Assembly (NCBI GenBank): GCA_965204545.1
Contig: CBDBFA010000002.1
Location: 174,487 to 238,486, forward strand
DNA length: 64,000 nucleotides
Source: Opitutales bacterium
GTDB lineage: Bacteria > Verrucomicrobiota > Verrucomicrobiia > Opitutales > UBA2995
Direction of reading: 5' to 3'
This document shows, piece after piece, positions 60,452 through 64,000 of the stretch; the stretch's first letter is position 1, and each line of letters begins with the position of its first letter. The notes beneath the pieces are model-generated. The model made no database searches, was not told where the DNA came from, and worked only from the letters and a program-made list of their open reading frames with translations. A program made the position numbers and the translations under genes.

Positions 60452-61377
60452 GCGACGGTTCGATTCAGAGGTGCTATTTCAAATAGATTCGATAGAGACG
60501 CCAACTGGGCATTGATTTCGGCTTCATCATAGGAATCGAATTCTTCCAGTGGGGCACGAACATAAGCGTTATCCAGGACGCCTCGTTTGGTTAGTACATA
60601 CTTGGTCAGGCGCATTCGGTAAAGCAATTGAATTATGAGCAACGGCAACGCTCGCATATAAAGAAGCCGAGCTTCCGCCTCATCTGCGGACTGATAAGCG
60701 TTCCACATTCTTACGTGGATGTCCGCTATCTCGGACGCGGGCATTGCCGCGATGGCGCCCCGGTTCATTTCGTCGATCAAATACCGTGCCCCGCCGCCTC
60801 CAATGACCCCGGTAAGGTGATCGGGGGCAGTCTGTCTCAATGCGGTGATCCTCGGACCGGATGGCAAAACCTCCTCCTTGACGTAATGAATGGCGGGGGA
60901 TGCTTCCACAATGCGAACCAACTCTGCCGCACCGAGGCCTGCTCCCACCGGCGCTGGAGCGTTTTGCAATATGATTTCCACTCCGGGCGCGTTCTCTATT
61001 ACCGATTTGATAAAACGCAGCGCCCCGTCCGCATCCTTCTCAAACATGGCTGGTATCAACACCATGGCGGCCGCTACACCCAACTCGCGAGCTTTCATTA
61101 TCTTGGACCCGATCTCTTCGGGGCTACCATTACCACCTCCGCATATGATGGGAACTCGATTTCCCGCTACCCGGCAAACCGTCCCCAACAGGCAGTATTG
61201 TTCTTCCCTGGAGATGTGCTCGTATTCACTGGCCACCCCGGGAAAGACCAATCCACTCGCCCCGGCATCCAGGCAAAACCGCGCCACCCTTTCCATGGCC
61301 GCCCCATCCACTCTCCCATCCTCACTGAAGGGGGTCGGGAGAACCGGAAGAATGCCCTGAAGTTGGGGTGAACTCAT
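60448..61377 (-). CDS. DapA-family class I aldolase (2-keto-3-deoxy-sugar-acid aldolase-like)
   Basis: 309 aa. LPTPFSEDGRVD, FPGVASEYEHIS, Schiff-base lysine context IHYVKEE. 4-nt overlap with the downstream enolase-family gene. Confidence 0.7.
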   Translation of the reverse strand: MSSPQLQGILPVLPTPFSEDGRVDGAAMERVARFCLDAGASGLVFPGVASEYEHISREEQYCLLGTVCRVAGNRVPIICGGGNGSPEEIGSKIMKARELGVAAAMVLIPAMFEKDADGALRFIKSVIENAPGVEIILQNAPAPVGAGLGAAELVRIVEASPAIHYVKEEVLPSGPRITALRQTAPDHLTGVIGGGGARYLIDEMNRGAIAAMPASEIADIHVRMWNAYQSADEAEARLLYMRALPLLIIQLLYRMRLTKYVLTKRGVLDNAYVRAPLEEFDSYDEAEINAQLASLSNLFEIAPLNRTVA

Positions 61378-61382
61378 GAATC

Positions 61383-62738
61383 TCAGTTGACGGTTACCTT
61401 CTTCAATTCCTTTTCATCAAATTCTATTCCCAGGCCGGGTTTTTCCGGAACCGTGGCAAAACCGGGTTCAAACTTCAGCGGTTCCTTGAGAAGCACGTTT
61501 CCCCGGGACGAACGGACATCGGTGGCATTATGAATATTTCCGGCTTCCATGATGACGGCATTAGGTGTCGCCACCGCCAGATGAAGGGACGCGGCCACGT
61601 AAGGCGGCATGCCGCTACTGACGTGGGGCGACCAAAGGACGCCAAAGGTATCGGCCATATCGGCAATCCTCTTACACTCCGTGATTCCACCCGCACGACC
61701 CACATCGGGATTAATTATATCGGCCCCCTGCTTTAAGAAGAGTTCGCGGAACTGGAAGCGATTGGCATACGTTTCGCCTACACACACGGCCGTATCCAAA
61801 GCCTCAGCCAGTTTCGCATAGCCCGAGGTATCTTCCGGCATAAGGGCGTCTTCAAACCAGCCTATGTTTCCGAGATCGTCCAGTTTTCTTCCCACGCTGA
61901 TGGCCTCATGCAATTTGAACGCTCCCAGTGAATCAATCATCAGTTGACCCTTGTCCCCGATCGCTTCCGATACATCGGCGACCACATCAAAACCCTGGGA
62001 AGTGGATTTGTTGAACCCCATCTTTACCGCCGTAAAACCTTCCTCGATGGCTCGCCGGGCATCCTCGGGAGTCCCCGCACCCCGGTAGGTCGGTATTTTA
62101 TCCCGGTATTTTCCGCCCAGTAGTTGATAAACGGGTACACCTGCAAATTTTCCCAGTATATCCCACAAGGCAATATCGATAGCAGCAATTGAATCGGTGT
62201 AGAAGCCGGTGGAATAACCCCTCATCCGCTGACTGGAATACAACTTATCCCAAATGGGCCCGATTCTCCGGGCGTCCTCTCCCAGGATTATGGGAGCAAA
62301 CAGGTCGGTGATCAACTTGGCATGGACAGCGGGGGCCAAAGGAGCATGGGCTTCACCCCAACCGATAATCCCCTGATCGGTAGTGATTTTGACCAATGTG
62401 GTCAGAGAATGCCCTTTCGACCGGGATGGGAAATTGTGGTTCAACCGATTACGAAGTCCCACCTGGTCGGTCATGCTACCCAAGGGCGGCATCTCCACCG
62501 CTTCACTCAGAGGCCCGTCGATCATGGGCGAACTCGTGATGACGGGTTCGACCTTGGTGATCTTCAGCGGACTGGTGCCGAGTTCCATCTCCCTTCTCCC
62601 CATGGGGGAAGGCCGGGTTGGGGGTGGCGAAGCCTTACTTCTTTCAACTTGCTGGGCGCCCATCCTCGAAATTGGCATGAATGAAGATACGGCCAACAGG
62701 CTCCCCCATTTAAGGATTTCCCGGCGGGTTCTCACCAC
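61383..62738 (-). CDS. enolase-superfamily enzyme carrying a twin-arginine signal peptide
   Basis: 451 aa. MVRTRREILKWGSLLAVSSFMPISRMGAQQ leader followed by a roughly 40-aa linker, then GWGEAHA, ALWDILGK, IDSLGA / FEDAL / GETYA metal-ligand contexts. Confidence 0.7.
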   Translation of the reverse strand: MVRTRREILKWGSLLAVSSFMPISRMGAQQVERSKASPPPTRPSPMGRREMELGTSPLKITKVEPVITSSPMIDGPLSEAVEMPPLGSMTDQVGLRNRLNHNFPSRSKGHSLTTLVKITTDQGIIGWGEAHAPLAPAVHAKLITDLFAPIILGEDARRIGPIWDKLYSSQRMRGYSTGFYTDSIAAIDIALWDILGKFAGVPVYQLLGGKYRDKIPTYRGAGTPEDARRAIEEGFTAVKMGFNKSTSQGFDVVADVSEAIGDKGQLMIDSLGAFKLHEAISVGRKLDDLGNIGWFEDALMPEDTSGYAKLAEALDTAVCVGETYANRFQFRELFLKQGADIINPDVGRAGGITECKRIADMADTFGVLWSPHVSSGMPPYVAASLHLAVATPNAVIMEAGNIHNATDVRSSRGNVLLKEPLKFEPGFATVPEKPGLGIEFDEKELKKVTVN

Positions 62739-62810
62739 TATATGAATTTCCGTTGAAGAGACGTTCCCTCATTCGTGTTAGCGGAAGAACCCATTGTCTT
62801 GGATGGCTAG

Positions 62811-62848
62811 AAAAAGCAGGCTGCCCATCTAAGAAGGACAGCCTGCCC
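62811..62848 (-). terminator. rho-independent terminator downstream of the outer-membrane protein gene
   Basis: Minus strand reads GGGCAGGCTG-tccttcttagatgg-GCAGCCTGC followed by TTTTT. The 8-9 bp GC-rich stem starts about 55 nt after the stop at 62902. Confidence 0.6.
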
Positions 62849-62901
62849 AAACAACAAACAAACAATATCCCCAAGAATTAACTACTATGAAAAATTTTCG
62901 C

Positions 62902-64000
62902 TTAGAATTGAAACGTGCTGGTTAAACGGAAATTGGTTGGATTCATAATCCGTATTCGAGATGGAACATCGTCGCCGGACTTTCGCGTGATGATCAGATC
63001 ATCGTTATTCAAGGCATTACGGATATTGAGCTGTATTCTCCAATTTACTTTACCGTCAAAAATCTTGCGCGTGTGGTTAATCCAGAAATCGACGTTGGTT
63101 TCGGACGGACCAAAGAGTGGCTGTGTAACATCGGCGACAGCTATTTCATCGAGACCCACCGGCAAATCGGCATCGGATGGGGTTAATATCCCGTCCCGGA
63201 AACCGACACCCACTTCATCCTGCCAGCGATAGGCGCCACCGACGGCCCAACCTTTCAATCTGCTATCTTCGTCGAAGCGGTAACTGGTAGCGAAATTGTA
63301 ACGCCACTCGCGGACTTCATCCAATAGGGCCCCTTCTCTTAAGGTTTGCCTGAGAAGGAGTGACCACTGCGTACGACGAGTCTGATTGAAAATCGTATTA
63401 GCCGTAGAGGGCTCTCCCGGATCCGGCATGCCGTTACCATTCAGATCGTCATAATCCTTATACGTGTTCGGTCGCGACAGCAGATCCCCCATTTTCAGCC
63501 ATTGCGGCTCACGAATCTCAAAATACTTTTTAAATGATTTCAATACATTCGTTTTGATGGCCTTCTGTTGCGCTACATTAAAAACCATAGTCCAATTCTT
63601 CGTCGGGTTCCAGACACCCTCATATTCCACACCTTCCGAGGAAAAGTCGGATACACCCGTCACGTTAGGATTCCCGCGATCGGAAACCGAAACGACAGTC
63701 CCTGGATCCGGACCTGGATCGACCGGAGTCCATAAAGCTTGACGCATACCCAGAGGAGGCACCGTGTAGACTTCCGCCCACTTGATGTTATTGGGCCACA
63801 ACCTCGGATCATCCGGTTCCCAGGTTTCATATTCTTCTCGTGGCACCGAAGGATCCCTGGGTTCCTTCTCCTGCAGCGAACTGCGAACACCGTTGTACCA
63901 CAGACGCTCAAAATTCGGGATGCCTGAGGTACCCAGGGCACGATCGGTCTGGTTTTTCGAAACCGTCTCATACCAATTGACACGGACGTAGAAGTTTTGG
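62902..64000 (-). CDS. outer-membrane beta-barrel protein (TonB-dependent-receptor-like), 5' end outside window
   Basis: Ends ...NPTNFRLTSTFQF-stop (aromatic C-terminus). The frame stays open from 63846 to the window edge (QNFYVRVNWYETVSKNQ...), so the track start at 63846 is not the real start. Confidence 0.5.
   Translation of the reverse strand, partial: QNFYVRVNWYETVSKNQTDRALGTSGIPNFERLWYNGVRSSLQEKEPRDPSVPREEYETWEPDDPRLWPNNIKWAEVYTVPPLGMRQALWTPVDPGPDPGTVVSVSDRGNPNVTGVSDFSSEGVEYEGVWNPTKNWTMVFNVAQQKAIKTNVLKSFKKYFEIREPQWLKMGDLLSRPNTYKDYDDLNGNGMPDPGEPSTANTIFNQTRRTQWSLLLRQTLREGALLDEVREWRYNFATSYRFDEDSRLKGWAVGGAYRWQDEVGVGFRDGILTPSDADLPVGLDEIAVADVTQPLFGPSETNVDFWINHTRKIFDGKVNWRIQLNIRNALNNDDLIITRKSGDDVPSRIRIMNPTNFRLTSTFQF

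Overview
The gene content of this 64-kb window points to a marine PVC-superphylum glycan degrader (Verrucomicrobiota, Kiritimatiellota or Planctomycetota-like). The taxon is inferred from gene content only.

Core content, mostly on the minus strand:
- seven formylglycine-type sulfatases, two of them fused to HEAT repeats
- two DUF5060/DUF4038 (GH140-like) proteins and a GH42-like enzyme
- a nan-like block: BNR sialidase, AGE-type epimerase, DapA-type lyase and an SSS symporter
- two DUF1552 + DUF1592/PSCyt pairs
- a sugar-acid block: two enolase-superfamily enzymes, a DapA-type aldolase, an SSS symporter, a Tat-exported FAD oxidoreductase and a partial outer-membrane beta-barrel

The 29.6-50 kb stretch looks accessory. 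It holds VapBC, AbiEi/AbiEii and YefM/YoeB (ParDE sits at 10 kb), an RtcB + BNR propeller + MoaD/ThiS-like Gly-Gly protein cluster, a TetR-regulated RND efflux operon whose permease is split, and several gene fragments.

Two identical IS3-family copies lie in inverted orientation. One is cut by the window start. The other splits a cupin gene and carries its own 4-bp target duplication.

Intergenic DNA is full of repeats: a 181-bp TA-flanked palindromic MITE-like element (4 copies plus fragments), mosaic modules built from about 9-bp stutters, and REP-like hairpins.

I saw no rRNA, tRNA or CRISPR array.

The best candidates for undescribed biology are:
- an ApbE + DUF4405/DUF2271-like membrane protein with a perfect DxxSGAT flavinylation motif, next to a Tat FAD oxidoreductase
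- the RtcB-BNR-Ubl cluster
- the repeat families

All family assignments come from motif recognition by eye, not from database searches. Coordinates I derived by hand, as opposed to ORF-track coordinates, may be off by 1-2 nt.
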